Source of the DNA: Paramoeba atlantica
Lineage: Eukaryota > Protista > Discosea
DNA length: 64,000 bases
Assembly: GCA_977017575.1 (NCBI GenBank)
Contig: CDRNVI010000173.1
Coordinates: 1 to 64,000, forward strand
Direction: 5' to 3'
Made by a program: the position numbers and the translations under genes. Positions 12,007 to 26,074 of this stretch are shown one piece after another. The notes under the pieces are model-generated. The model saw only the letters and a list, made by a program, of their open reading frames with translations, did no database searches and was not told the DNA's origin. Within the stretch, counting starts at the first letter, position 1, and the number at the start of each line of letters is the position of its first letter.

Positions 12007-12529
12007 TTTCTTTTTTCTTTTGTGTTTTTTCTGTTTCCTTTTCTTCCCTCTCTCTCTCGTTTTTCGTTTGTCCTCTTTCTTTGACTATCTTGTCTCTTTT
12101 ATCTCTTTTTGAGTTTTTGAACCGCTTTGGAGAAAAAAGGATTCCTTCTTTTTTTTTTTTTCTTTTTCCTCTCTTCTCTCTTCTGTGTCTTCGTTTGGGT
12201 CTCTCTCTCTGTCTCTTTCTCTTCTTCTCGATCCCTTCTTCTTCTTTCCTTCTTTCCTTCCTCTTCTCAGTCTTCTTCTTCTCTCTCTCTTTCTCTTCTC
12301 TCTTGTTTTCTCACAACCCAAGAAAAAATTGGACGTCTTTGGATAGTTGTCATAGATTTTGCGACTCTCTCTTTCTCTCTTTTGTCCTTTCCTGTCTTTT
12401 TGAGAGATGTTTGTATTTTTCTTTTCTTTTCTTTTCTTTTGATTCATCCACCTATTTTTAAACTCCCTTTTCTTCTTGTTGTTGTTGATTTTTATGTTGT
12501 TGATTGATCTCTTTTCCCAGAGACAAAAA

Positions 12530-14817
12530 ATGAGTGAAAAAAGAGGAAAGAGAAAGAGAGGAGGGGGAGAAACAGAATTGGAAATGGAGAAAAAGAGAAA
12601 AACCAAAAGAGGAAAGAAAGAGGAGGAAGGACCTCCAACAGATCGTGAGGATGATGTTGTTGTGATTAAGAAAGATGATGATGAAAAAGAAGAAAGAGAA
12701 AGAAGAAATGAGGATGTTCTTGGAAAGAGAGAACAACAAAATGAAGAAGGAGAACAGAGAGAAAGAGAAGAAGAGATGAGGAAAAGAAGAAGAAAGGAAG
12801 AAGAAGAGAAAAAGAAAAGATTTGAATGTGGAATATGTTTGGAGTTGATGAGTTGGGAAAAAGAACCAAGGTTGTTACCTTGTTGTGGTTTTTCTTTTTG
12901 TACTCTTTGTCTCAGCAATCTCTTTCTTCTTCAAAATCCTTCCTCTTCTTCTTTCTTATCTCTTTCTTCCTCTTCCTCTTCCTCTTCTTCTTCCCCATCT
13001 CCATCTCCCTCTTCTCTGAGAGGAGTGAAATGTCCAGTGTGTCGAGAAATGAACGAATGTGAAGCGATTGAAACACTTTCGATGAATTATTTGATTCCAG
13101 AAACGATTGATGTTCTTCTTTCTTCAAATTTGATCTCTTTCTCCAATCAATCAGGTTTTTATCTCCATTTTTTTGAACTTCCTCTCTTTCTTTCCTCTCT
13201 TTTCTTTCTTTCTTTCCTCTTTTTTTGAAAGAAAGCTATTTTTAAGTTGAAAAACATATCTTTTGAACAGGAGATGGTGGATCAGAATGTGTAAATTTCG
13301 AAACATGTGGAGAACGAACTCAAATGTATTGTTCCAAATGTGACATGTTTATTTGTGATTCTTGTGATCCATCTCACACTTCAACTATTTTCACTCAAAA
13401 TCACAAACGATCTGAAAGAGATGGTGTTGAGGGAGGAGGTGGAAGAAGAAGATTGGAAGAGGAGGGGGTGGTGGGAGTGATGGGATTGGAGAATTTGAAG
13501 AAGAGAGAATGTTCAAAACACCCATCTGAAACAATTTGGGGATATTGTTTTCAATGTTCTTCTTTTGTTTGTACTCGTTGTATTCTTGAAATACATGATG
13601 ATCACAGAAAGAAAGTGAAATCAATTGAAGAAAGTATTTTGGAGAAAAGAAATGAAGTTGTGAGGATTGGAGATAAATTGGAGAAAAGATTGATTTTGAT
13701 TGAAAAAGAAAGAAAAAGAATTGAAAAAGAAATGAAAGAATTAGAAGAGAAATTAGAAAAGAAAAGAATTGAAAAGAAAGAAATAGAATTAGAGAAAGAA
13801 GATTTGAGAATTAGAAAAGATTCAATTATTCGTTTATCCAACACACCAACAACAACAACAACAACTGATTGTGATGTTTCTCTCTTTTTTGATGATCAAC
13901 TTTTTTCAACTCTTCTTCAAACTGCAAATGATATTGTTTTTGAAGGAGGTGTTGTTGGATTACTCAAACCAAAGAAAGGAGTGATTTGTTGTGATGGTGG
14001 TGGTGATTCTTTCCATTTTGTTTCTTCTTTTCCTTTGAAGAATGTATCTTATGGAGTGAGTGTGAACAGTGATGGGAATATTTTTGTTTGTGAAGAGGGT
14101 GGATTGAGAGTGAGAGATAAAGAAGGAAATGAGATGATTGAATCAACAATTCAGAAAACAATTGACTCACTTCATTTGGAACCTATTGATGTTTCAATTG
14201 GATTGGATGATCAAATTGTTGTTCTTGATTGGTCTCAAGATTCTCAGAGTGTTGTAATCTTAAACAAAGAAGGAGAATTGATCAACTCTTTTGGATCAAT
14301 TGGTTCTGAAGATGGTCAGTTTTATGGACCATGTGGTGTGGATGTAGATGAAGAAGGTAGAATTATTGTTGCTGATACTTACAACCACCGAATTCAAGTG
14401 TTTGATAAAGATGGGTCTTTTCTTCGTTCTTTTGGTTCTTTTGGTTCTTCTGAAAGTCAATTTAATCATCCAAACCGTGTTGTAGTTGATGGAGATGGGA
14501 ATATTGTTGTTTGTGATACTTGGAATCATCGGATTCAAGTGATGGATATTGAAGGGAATTTTATTCGATGTTTTGGAACATTTGGTTCAGGTGATTCTCA
14601 ATTTGATTGTCCAAAAGATGTTGAAGTTGCTGGGGAAGGTAGAATTGTTGTTTGTGATTCAAGAAATGGAAGAGTGAGTGTGTTTGAGAAAGATGGAACA
14701 TTTCTTTTTTCGTTTGGTCAACATCACATGAAGTGTCCTAATGGGGTTGTTATTGATTCATTTGGAACAATTATTGTTTCTGATTGGGAGAAGAAGTCAA
14801 TTGAATTTTGGAAATAA
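12530..14817 (+). CDS. TRIM-NHL paralog copy 4, ~723 aa
   Basis: Exons 12530-13154 and 13271-14817 (116-nt phase-1 intron). Confidence 0.92.
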
Positions 14818-15989
14818 TTTTTTGAAGAGAGGAGGAGGGGAGGAGGTTCTTTTTTTTTTTCATTTTCTTTTCTCTTTTTTTTGTTTTCATTTAAAATGAG
14901 AAGTGTGTAGGTGTTTCTTTGTTTGTTTTTTTCTTTTTTTCTTTTTTTCTTTTTTTCTCTTTTCTTTTTGATTTGTTTTATTTTTTGTGTCAATTTATTA
15001 TTTTTGTTCTTTTTTTTTGTTCTCCCTTTTTTCTTGTTTTTGGAAGAAATTAATTTCTCTTTCCCCTTCCTCTCCTCCCTTCCTCCAAGAACTGCACGGT
15101 CTTTCAATCAAACATTCTTCTTCTTCTTCTTCTTCAATTACGATTCGATTTTTATCCTTCTTCAAAAACTTTTCTCAATTTGCTTCTCCTCTCTCTTTTG
15201 TGTTTTTTTGTTGTGTGTTGAGTTCGTGAAATTCTCTTCTTCCTCTTTTTTTTTAATCTTGTCTTTTTTTTGTTTTCTTCAATTGTTGAGATTTTTTTGT
15301 TCTTTTTTTGGTATTCTCCCTTCTTTTATTTTTGTTTCGAGACTTTAACGTTCCTTTGGTCTGTTCTTTTTGTTGAATGAATTTCAATCCAAACTCAACA
15401 TTCTCAAAAACAACTTTTTTTCTTCTTTTTTTTGTTGTTGGGAAAGAAGGAATTAATATTTTGGTTGAGTGAATGAGAGAAAACACAATTTTTGGGAAAA
15501 AAGGAAATTTTAATAAATAAAAAATCATTGAGAATAATATTATTCCAAACTCCCCCCAATCCCAAAATCAATAATTTTGAGAGACGAAGAAAGAAAGAAA
15601 GAAGAAGAAAGAAAAGAGAAAGAAAGGAGAGATGAGAAACACACACAAAGGGAGTGAAGTGAGGGAGGAGAAAGAAAGAAGAGTCATTCTTGGTCTCGCT
15701 GAAAATCGAAAAAGGTTTTGAATGAAGGAGAATAAAATCAAAGCGGAACAACACGACGTCATGCACCAGAGACTAAAAGGAAGGAAAAGGGAGGGAAGGG
15801 AAAAGAGAAAGAGAGGGGGAGAGAGGGGAGGGAGGAGGGAGGAGGGAGGGAAAAAGAAGGTGTGAATAACTCAATCCAGAATGAGAAAACTCGCATTTTC
15901 AAAACAAAAAAATTCTCCTTCCTTTTTGGGAAGAGAAAATAAAAAAGGAGAAAAAGAAAAATATAATCAAAAAAACCTTCTCTTCCAAG

Positions 15990-18295
15990 TTATTTCCACA
16001 ATTCAATTGACTTCTTCTCCCAATCAGAAATAATAATTGTTCCAAATGAATCAATAACAACCCCAGAAGGAACTTTCATGTGATGTTTACCAAACGAAAA
16101 AAGAAATGTTCCATCTTTCTCAAACACACTCACTCTTCCATTTCCTGTATCACAAACAACAATTCTACCTTCCCCATCCACATCAACACCTTGTGGATAA
16201 CTCAATTGAGAATCACCTGAACCTTTTGTTCCAAAACATCGAATAAAATTCCCTTCAATATCCATCACTTGAATCCGATGATTCAAAGACTCAGAAATAA
16301 CAATATTCCCATCTCCATCAACTACAACACGAGAAGATCTATTAAATTGACTTTCAGAAGAACCAAATGAACCAAAAGAACGAAGAAAAGATCCATCATT
16401 ATCAAACACTTGAATTCGATTATTCCAAGTATCAGCAACAATAATTCTACCTTCTTCATCCACATCCACACCACAGGGTCTATCAAACTGACCATCTTGA
16501 GAACCATTTGATCCAAAAGATTTGATCAATTCTCCTTCTTTGTTTAAGATTACAACTCTACGAGAATCTTGAGACCAATCAAGAAGAACAATTTGATCAT
16601 TCAATCCAATTGAAACATCAGAAGGTTTGAACTGAAGTGAATCAATTGTTTTCTGAATTGTTGATTCAATCATCTTATTTCCTTCTTTATCTATCACTCT
16701 CAATCCATCATCTTCACAAATAAAAATATTCCCATCACTGTTCACACTCACTCCCCGAGGATGATTCTTCAAAGGAAAAGAAGAAACAAAACGAAAAGAA
16801 TCACCACCACCATCACAACAAATCACTCCTTTCTTTGGTTTGAGTAATCCAACAACACCTCCTTCAAAAACAATATCATTTGCAGTTTGAAGAAGAGTTG
16901 AAAAAAGTTGATCATCAAAAAAGAGAGAAATATCACAATCAGTTGTTGTTGTTGTTGTTGTTGGTGTGTTGGATAAACGAATAATTGAATCTTTTCTTAT
17001 TCTCAAATCTTCTTTCTCTAATTCTATTTCTTTCTTTTCAATTCTTTTCTTTTCTAATTTCTCTTCTAATTCTTTCATTTCTTCTTCAATTCTTTTTCTT
17101 TCTTCCTCAATCAAAATCAATCTTTTCTCCAATTTATCTCCAATCTTTACAACTTCATTTCTCTTCTCCAAAATACTTTCTCCAATCGATTTCACTTTCT
17201 TTATGTGATCATCATGTGTTTTAAGAATACAGCGAGTACAAACAAAAGAAGAACATTGAAAACAGTATCCACAAATTGTTTCAGATGGGTGTTTTGAACA
17301 TTCTCTCTTCTTCAAATTCTCCAATCCCACTCCCATCACCCCCTCCTCTTCCAATCTTCTTCTTCTTCCACCTCCCTCAACACCATCTCTTTCAAATTGT
17401 TTGTGATTTCGAGTGAAAATAGAAGAAGAGTGAGATGGATCACAAGAATCACAAATAAAGACTTTACAATCAGAACAATACATTCGAGTTTGTTCTCTGC
17501 ATGTCTCAAAATTCACACATCTTCTTTGAACAGCTTCTCCTGCTTTGTTTTTTGTTTTTTATGTTTATAGAAAAATAAGAAACTAAATCAGTGAAGGTGA
17601 CAGGGTGGGTGGTCTTGAGTCTCACTTCAAATCACCCCAAAAAAAAACGGCAAGAGTAAAAAAAAGAAAAAAGAAAAAGAAAAAAATCCAAAAAATAGTT
17701 GGAGGAAAAAGTAAAAACCTGAAGTTGATTGTTGGGAGAAAGAAATCAAATTGGAAGAAAGAAGAACATCAATTGTTTCTGGAATCAAATAATTCATCGA
17801 AAGTGTTTCAACGCTTTCACATTCGTTCATTTCTCGACACACTGGACATTTCACTCCTTTCAAAGAAGAAGAGGAAGAAGAAGAAGAAGAGGAAGAGGAA
17901 GAAGAAGGAGGATTTTGAAGAAGAAAGAGTTTGTTAAGACAAAGAGAGCAAAAAGAAAGACCACAACAAGGTAACAACCTTGGTTCTTTTTCCCAATTCA
18001 TCAATTCCAAACATATTCCACATTCAAATCTTTTCTTTTTCTCTTCTTCTTCCTTTCTTCTTCTTTTCATCATCTCTTCTTCTTGTTCTCTTTCTCCTTC
18101 TTCCTCTCGCTCTTTTCTTTGTTGTTCTTGATCTCCTATTTCTTGTTCTTCTCCAACATCACTTTCATCATCATCATCATCACCAGATTGTTCTTCTTTC
18201 TTTTCTTTTCTTGTTTTTCGTTTCTCTTTCTCATTCTCACTCTCCACAATCTCTATTCCTCCTCTCTTTTTCTCTCCTTTTTTTCCTTCACTCAT
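15990..18295 (-). CDS. TRIM-NHL paralog copy 5, ~708 aa
   Basis: Exons 18295-17719 and 17539-15990 (179-nt phase-1 intron, GCAG acceptor). Confidence 0.9.
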
Positions 18296-19170
18296 TTTGT
18301 TTTCACGTCCCACCCAACAACAAAAATAGAAACAACTTTTGAAAAGAGAAGAACAAACAAGTAAAATAGATGAAAGATCTCTGGGTGAAACAATAATAAT
18401 CAATAACCACAACACACACAAACAAAAAGAGAACAAACTGATAAAACACACACACATAAAAACAAGAAAAAAGAAGATTATCAAAATAAAAATAAAAATA
18501 AAAACCTTTTTCTCAAAATTTCCAAAAAAAAAGAGAGAGGATACAAAAAAACGAGCAGTAAAAGAGGGAGAAGAAGAAAACGAAAATGTCCAGAGACTCC
18601 TCCTAAATCACAATCCACAACACCCCCACACAACAACAAAAGAAAGCCTGAATAATTCACAAAAGAGAGAGAGAAAAACCTTGTCAACAAAAGATCCAAA
18701 AAAGAGAAAGAGAGAAAGAGAGGAGAAAGAGAAAAAGAGAAGAGAGGAAAACACAAAAATGAAAAATGGCAAAAAATGGATAAAAAAATGAGAAAAAAGA
18801 AGACTCTGAAAGAAATCAAAACTGTGAGGCAAATCAGAACCAAAATGAAATGTCCAAATGAAATACAAGAGAGAGAGAAGAGAGAGAGAGAGGAGCACAA
18901 AACAGAATCTCAGCAAAGAAGAGAAACAGCAGAAAGATGGGAAGAAGAGAAGAAACAAAAATAAAAGAGGATGTCGTCCAAAAAGAGGAACAACAAAAAC
19001 TCAAAAAAAGAGATTCAACGAGAACTGAAATCAAGAGAGAGACAGAGACAGAACAAAAGGAAAAAAAAACAGAAAGAAAGAAAGAACAAGAGAAGAGACA
19101 AAGAAAGAAGAACAAAAGAACAAGAGAGACAAAGAAAGAAGAAAAACAGAAAAAAAGAGAAAAAAAGGAA

Positions 19171-19214
19171 GGGTACGAAAAGAGGATTCAAAACTTTTTA
19201 AACCTCTGAAAAAA
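19171..19214 (+). promoter_or_regulatory. Conserved ~44-bp spacer element, copy 4 of 10
   Basis: GGGTACGAAAAGAGGATTCAAAACTTTTTAAACCTCTGAAAAAA, between divergent copies 5 and 6. Confidence 0.55.
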
Positions 19215-20276
19215 ATATCACAAAAACACACCAAAAACTTTTTCTTTTCGTTCTTCCCTCTCTTCTCTCTTCTCTCTCCTTTCTCTCTCTCTCTCTCATT
19301 TCGTTTCTTGTGCCTCTCTTTTTGGGGTTGTTGTTGATCAATCTTTGAGGGTTTTTGGTTTTTGCGCTCTCTCTTCTCTCTCTTCTCTCTCATTTCGTTT
19401 CTTGTGCCTCTCTTTTTTGGGGTTGTTCTTTTTTGAGGTTTTTGGTTTTTTGGGATCTCATTCTCTCTCATATTTTCGTTTGGATTTTTCTCTTTCTTCT
19501 TCTTCTTCTTCTTCTTCTTTGGTGGTGTTTTCATTTTTGGAGAATCTCTTCTTTGAGAGTTTTTGTTTTTGGGAGAGAGAGAGACTCTTTTTCTCTTCTC
19601 TTCTCTTTCTTTGAAACGAAAAATCCTTTCCTCACTTTTTGAGAGAGAGATGTTTGTATTTTCATTTTTCTTCTTTTTTCTCTTTTTTTTTATCTCAATT
19701 TATTGAAAAAACAAAATTATCAGAAAACCTCTTTCTCTCTCTCTTCTTGTGTCTTTGTGGGTTTGTGTGGGAGACATCTCTATTTTCTTGATTGTTCACT
19801 CATTTCATTTTTGTTTTGGGGTATCAGCAGAGTCTCTTTGAGTGGGGATACTTTTTGGTTTCATTTTCATTTTTCATTTTTCATTTTTCATTTTTCATTT
19901 TTCATTTTTCAATTTTCATTTTTTTTCATCCATTTCTTTTGATTTTTTATTTTGTGTGTGATGATTTTTTTGATTGTTTTTTTCCCTCTCTCACATTTCT
20001 TTTCTTTTCTTTCAGAGAGGATATCTTTCTCCCTCTTCCTCTCCATCTCTCTCTTGTTTGAACAATCACATTTTGATCCTCTTCTCTCACACTCTTTGCA
20101 CTCTATCTCTTTTGAGTTCATTCTTTTGGGAAGGTGTTTTTGTTTGTTCTTTTTCTTTGATCTTTATTTTCTCAAATTTGGTGAAAGAGATTGTTTGTTT
20201 TTTTTCTTTTTCTTTTCTTTTCTTTCTTTTTTTGTTGATTGATTTCTCTTTTCCACACAGAGAGAAGAGAGACAAA

Positions 20277-22586
20277 ATGAGTGAAAAAAGAGAAAAGAGA
20301 AAGAGAGGAGGAGGAGAACAAGGAATAGAATTAGAAAGTGAGAAAAAGAGAAAAACCAAAAGAGGAAAGAAAGAGAAAGAAGATCAAACAACAGATTGTG
20401 GTGATGTTGTTGTTGTTGTGATTGGAGATAATGATGATGATGAAAAAGAACAAAGAGAAAGAAGAAGTGAAGATGTTCTTGGAAAGAGAGAACAACAAGT
20501 GGGACAAAATGAAGGAGAAGGAGAGGAAGAAAGAGAAAGAAAAGAAATGGCGATAAAAAGAAGGAGAAAGGAAGAAGAAGAGAAAAAGAAAAGATTTGAA
20601 TGTGGAATATGTTTGGAATTGATGAGTTGGGAAAAAGAACCAAGGTTGTTACCTTGTTGTGGTCTTTCTTTTTGTTCTCTTTGTCTCAACAAACTCTTTC
20701 TTCAAAATCCTTCCTCTTCTTCTTCTTCTTCTTCCTCTCCTTCTTCTTCCTCTTCTTCTCCCTCTTTGAAAGGAGTGAAATGTCCAGTTTGTAGAGAAAT
20801 GAACGAATGTGAAAGCGTTGAAACACTTTCGATGAATTATTTGATTCCAGAAACAATTGATGTTCTTCTTTCTTCAAATTTGATTTCTTTATCCCAACAA
20901 CCAACTTCAGGTTTCTCCGTTTTTTTCTCCATTTTTGAACTCTAACTTTCCTCTCTTCCTCTCTTTTTTTCTTTTTTTTCTTTTTTTGAGAGAAAGGTTA
21001 TTTCAAAAGTTGAAAAAACATGTTTTTTGAAAAACAAAACAACAGGAGATGGTGGATCAAAATGTGCGAATTTTGAAACGTGTGGAAAACAAACTCGAAT
21101 GTTTTGTCCTCTTTGTAACATGTTTATTTGTGATTCTTGTGATCCATCTCACACTTCAACTATTTTCTCTCAAAATCACAAACGATCTGAAAGAGATGGT
21201 GTTGAGGGAGGAGGTGGAAGAAGAAGATTGGAAGAGGAGGGAGGGGTGGGAGTGATGGGATTGGAGAATTTGAAGAAGAGAGAATGTTCAAAACACCCAT
21301 CTGAAACAATTTGTGGATATTGTTTTCAATGTTCTTCTTTTGTTTGTACTCGTTGTATTCTTGAAACACATGATGATCACAGAAAGAAAGTGAAATCAAT
21401 TGAAGAAAGTATTTTAGAGAAAAGGGATGAAGTTGTAAAGATTGGAGATAAATTGGAGAAAAGATTGATTTGGATTGAGAGGAAAAGAAAAAGGATTGAA
21501 AAAGAAATGAAAGAATTAGAAGAGAAATTAGAAAAGAAAAGAATTGAAAAGAAAGAAATAGAATTGGAGAAAGAAGATTTGAGAATCAGAAAAGATTCAA
21601 TCATTCGTTTATCCAACACACCAACAACAACAACAACAACTGATTGTGATCTTTCTCTCTTTTTTGATGATCAACTTTTTTCAACTCTTCTTCAAACTGC
21701 AAATGATATTGTTTTTGAAGGAGGTGTTGTTGGATTACTCAAACCAAAGAAAGGAGTGATTTGTTGTGATGGTGGTGGTGATTCTTTTCGTTTTGTTTCT
21801 TCTTTTCCTTTGGAGAATGTACCTTTTGGAGTGAGTGTGGACAGTGATGGGAATATTTTTATTTGTGAAGAGGGATTGAGTGTGAGAGATAAAGAAGGAA
21901 ATGAGATGATTGAATCAACAATTCAGAAAACAATTGATTCACTTCAGTTGGAACCTGTTGATGTTTCAATTGGATTGAATGATCAAATTGTTGTTCTTGA
22001 TCATTCTCAAGATTTTCGAGTTGTAATCTTAAACAAAGAAGGAGAATTGATCAAATCTTTTGGATCAAGAGGTTCTGAAGATGGTCAGTTTTATGAACCA
22101 TGTGGTGTGGATGTGGATGAAGAAGGTAGAATTATTGTTGCTGACTCTGGAAATGATCGAATTCAAGTGTTTGATAATGATGGATCTTTTCTTCATTCTT
22201 TTGGTTCATTTGGTTCTTCTGAAAGTCAATTTAATCAACCAAACGGTGTTGGAGTTGATGGAGATGGGAATATTGTTATTTGTGATTCTGGGAATCATCG
22301 GATTCAAGTGATGGATATTGAAGGGAATTTTATTCGATGTTTTGGAACAAAAGGTTCAGGTCCTTCTCAATTCAATGGTCCAAAAGGTGTTGATGTTGAT
22401 GGGGAAGGTAGAATTGTTGTTTGTGATTCAGGAAATGGAAGAGTGAGTGTGTTTGAGAAAGATGGAACATTTCTTTTTTCGTTTGGTGGAGATCGCATGA
22501 ATTATCCGAATGGGGTTGTTGTTGATTCATTTGGAACAATTATTGTTTCTGATTGGGAGAAGAAGTCAATTGAATTTTGGAAATAA
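20277..22586 (+). CDS. TRIM-NHL paralog copy 6, ~724 aa
   Basis: Exons 20277-20910 and 21046-22586 (135-nt phase-1 intron containing an in-frame TAA). Confidence 0.92.
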
Positions 22587-23152
22587 TTTTTTGAAGAGAG
22601 GAAGAGGGAAGGAGGTTCCGTTTTTTTTTCATTTTCTTTTCTCTTTATTTTGTTTTCATTTAAAATGAGAAGTGTGTAGGTGTTTCTTTGTTTGTTTATT
22701 TCTTTTTTTCTTTTTTTCTTTTTTTCTCTTTTCTTTTTGGTTTGTTTTATTTTTTGTGTCAATTTATTATTTTTGTTCTTTTTTGTTTCCTTTTGTCTGT
22801 TCTTTTTGTTGATTGAATTTCAATACAAACTCAACATGCCCAAAAACAACTTTTTTATTATTGACCCTTTTGTTGTTATCCAGAATTACATCACTCTCAA
22901 ATTTGGTGTGTCGCTGGGTTGCTTGTTGAGGATATGCGAGAAGAATCAACTTGTCAACAACGATAAAGATTTATTTGAAGTTCCGAAAACATAAAACTTT
23001 TGTCAAATGTTTCAAATTCCTTCTTTTCACCTTTGAAAAAAAATAAATCATGAAACACGAAACAAGAAAGAGGAAAAAAAGACCCACGCACATTCAAATA
23101 AACCCAAAGAGTGATGAACAACAAAAAAGGAAAGCAAAGTACAAACCCACAA

Positions 23153-25239
23153 CTAAAAAAACCTTTGGAAGTCCCACACTTCAATGGACTTTTTCGCCCA
23201 ATCAGAAACAATAATTGATCCAAATGAATCAATAACAACCCCATGAGGTTCGCTCATGTGATGTTTACCAAACGAAAAAAGAAATGTTCCATCTTTCTCA
23301 AACACACTCACTCGCCGATTTCCTCCTTCACAAACAACAATTCTACCTTCCCCATCCACATCAACACTTTTTGGATAACTTAATTGAGAATCATCTGAAC
23401 CTCTGGTTCCAAAACATCGAATAAAATTCCCTTCAATATCCATCACTTGAATTCGATGATTTTCACAATCACAAACAACAATATTCCCATCTCTATCAAC
23501 TCTAATACCGTAAGGTTGGTAAAACTGACCTTCAGAAGAACCTTTTGAACCAATAGAACGAAGAAAAGATCCATCCTTATTGAACACTTGAAGTCGATGA
23601 TGGTAAGTGTCGGCAACAATAATTTGACCATCTTTATCCACATCCACACCACTTGGTCGGTCAAACTGACCAGGTTGGTAACCGTCTGTTCCAAAAGATT
23701 TGATTAATTCTCCTTCTTTGCTCAATATTCCAACTCTCCTTTTAGATTCAAACTTTCGTTCCGGTTGTGACCAATCAAGAACAACAATTTGATCATTCAA
23801 TCCAATTGAAACAGCAATAGGCCTCAACTGAAGTGAATCAAACGTTTTCTGAAGTGATTCAATCTCATTTCCTTCTTTATCTCTCACTTTCAATCCGCCC
23901 TGGAGTTCACAAATAAAAATATTCCCATCACTGTTCCACTCACTCCATAAGGTTTCTCATCCAAAGGAAAAGAAGAAACAACACGAAACGAATCACCACC
24001 ACCATCACAACAAATCACTCCTTTCTTTGGTTTCAGGAATCCAACAACACCTCCTTCAGAAACAATATCAGTTGCAGTTTGAAGAAGAGTTGAAAAAAGT
24101 TGATCATCAAAAAGAGAGATATCAGTTGGTGTGTTGGATAAACGAATAATTGAATCTTTTCTTATTCTCAAATCTTCTTTCTCCAATTCTATTTCTTTCT
24201 TTTCAATTCTTTTCTTTTCTAATATCTCTTCTAATTCTTTCATTTCTTTTTCAATTCTTTTTCTTTTCTTTTCAATAAAAATCAATCTTTTCTCCAATCT
24301 ATCTCCAATCTTTACAACTTCACTTCTCTTCATCAAGACACTCTCTTCCAGGAAATTCACTTTCTTTCTGTGGTTATCATGAGATCTAAGAATACAACGA
24401 ACACAAACAAAAGAAGAACATTGAAAACAATATCCACTGATTGTTTCAGATGGGTGTTTTGAACATTCTCTCTTTCTCAATTTCTCCATTCCCACAAAAC
24501 CAACATCATCATCATCACCACGAGTAAGAGTTCGTTGTTGAGATCGATTGTGATTTCGAGTGAAAATAGAAGAAGAGTGAGAGGAATCACAAGAATCACA
24601 TATAAACACTTTACAATCAGAACAATACATTCGAGTTTGCTCTCCACACGTTTCAAAATTCACGCATCTCCTTCTATCTTCCTCTTCTCTTCTTCTAGTA
24701 TCTTTTCAACAAACAACAAAAAGTTAGTCAAGTCTCCTCAACAAAAAGAAAGAAAAAAACAAAAAGTAAAAACCTGAAGTTGATTGATTGGAGAAAGAGA
24801 TCAAATTTGAAGAAAGAAGAACATCAATCGTTTCTGGAATCAAAAAATTCTTTTCAAGGGTTTCAATTGTTTCACATTCATTCAGTTCGCTACACACTGG
24901 ACATTTCACTCCTCTCAAAGAGAGTGAAGAAGTGGAAGAGGAAGAGGAAGAAGAGGGAGAACAAGAAGGAGATGCGGGAGAAGAAGGAGAGGAAGAAAGA
25001 GAGGAAGAAGAAGAGGGAGAGGGAGAGGGAGAACAAGAAGAAGAGGAAGGATTTTGAAGAAGAAAGAGTTTGTTAAGGCAAAGAGAGCAAAAAGAAAGAC
25101 CACAACAAGGTAACAACCTTGGTTCTTTTTCCCAATTCATCAACTCCAAACATATCCCACATTCAAATCTTTTCTTTTTCTCTTCTTCCTCTTCCCCTTC
25201 ATCTTTCTGATGTTCTCTCTTTCCTCTTGCTTCACTCAT
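23153..25239 (-). pseudogene. TRIM-NHL paralog copy 7, divergent, frameshifted at the start of NHL blade 1
   Basis: Exon 1 runs 25239-24774. A 1-nt deletion near 23936 (GAGTGGAACAGT versus GAGTGTGAACAGT) splits ORFs 23890..24663 and 23153..23893. Both TAG acceptors near 24675 and 24695 are out of frame, so only AAG/GAG acceptors fit. Confidence 0.75.
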
Positions 25240-25625
25240 TCTCCTGCCAAAAAAAAAAATGAGCAATTTGCAAAAGTTCAAAAAGGAAGAAAAACAAGAC
25301 TTTCTTCAATGAGTAAGAAAAGATGAAAAAAACACCACAATACTGGAATCAAGAAGAGAAGCAGAGAAAAACGCTCTGAGATGGAAAGAAAATTGAGAAA
25401 AAGAAGGTGAAAAAGAAAATGGGAGAAAATACAAACCACCACAAAAAGGAGAGAGAGAGAAGAGAGAAGAGAGAGAGACCCTCCAAACAAAATGTGAGGT
25501 ACAAATGAAAACAAGAGAGTCTGGGAGAGGGAGGGAAGAAGGAAAGAAGAAGAAGGGATTGAGGAGAAGAGAAAGAGAGAGAAAGACACAGAAGAGAGAA
25601 GAGGAAAACAAAAAAAAAAAAAGGT

Positions 25626-25669
25626 TTTTTTCAGATGTTTAAAAAGTTTTGAATCCTCTTTTCGTACCC
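25626..25669 (-). promoter_or_regulatory. Conserved ~44-bp spacer element, copy 5 of 10
   Basis: TTTTTTCAGATGTTTAAAAAGTTTTGAATCCTCTTTTCGTACCC, between divergent copies 7 and 8. Confidence 0.55.
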
Positions 25670-26074
25670 TTCCTTTTTTTTCTCTTTTTTTCTGTTTTTC
25701 TCTTGTTCTTTCTTCTGTTCGCTTTTCTTTCTTCCACAATTTCTCTTCTTTTCAGTGACTCTTGCGTATTTTTTGTCTTCTCTCTCTCTCTTTGTTGTGT
25801 GGAGGAGGTGTGTTCTTGTAGCTTTTGAACTCCTTTGAAGGTGAATTGTTTTTGGTTAGAAAAAAAACTATTGTATTATTTTCTTCTCCTCTCTTTCTTT
25901 CCTTTTTCTTTTCTTCTTTTTTCATTTCTTTAATCTCTTTCTTTTTTCACATATTAAGATCAACAACATTGAGCAATCATCTTCTTTTTTTTCGAAAGAA
26001 ACACCTTGGAAACTCTTCTTGAACTCGTTGGAAAACTGTGTGTTTTGATTTTTATTTGAAGACCAAAGAAGAGA

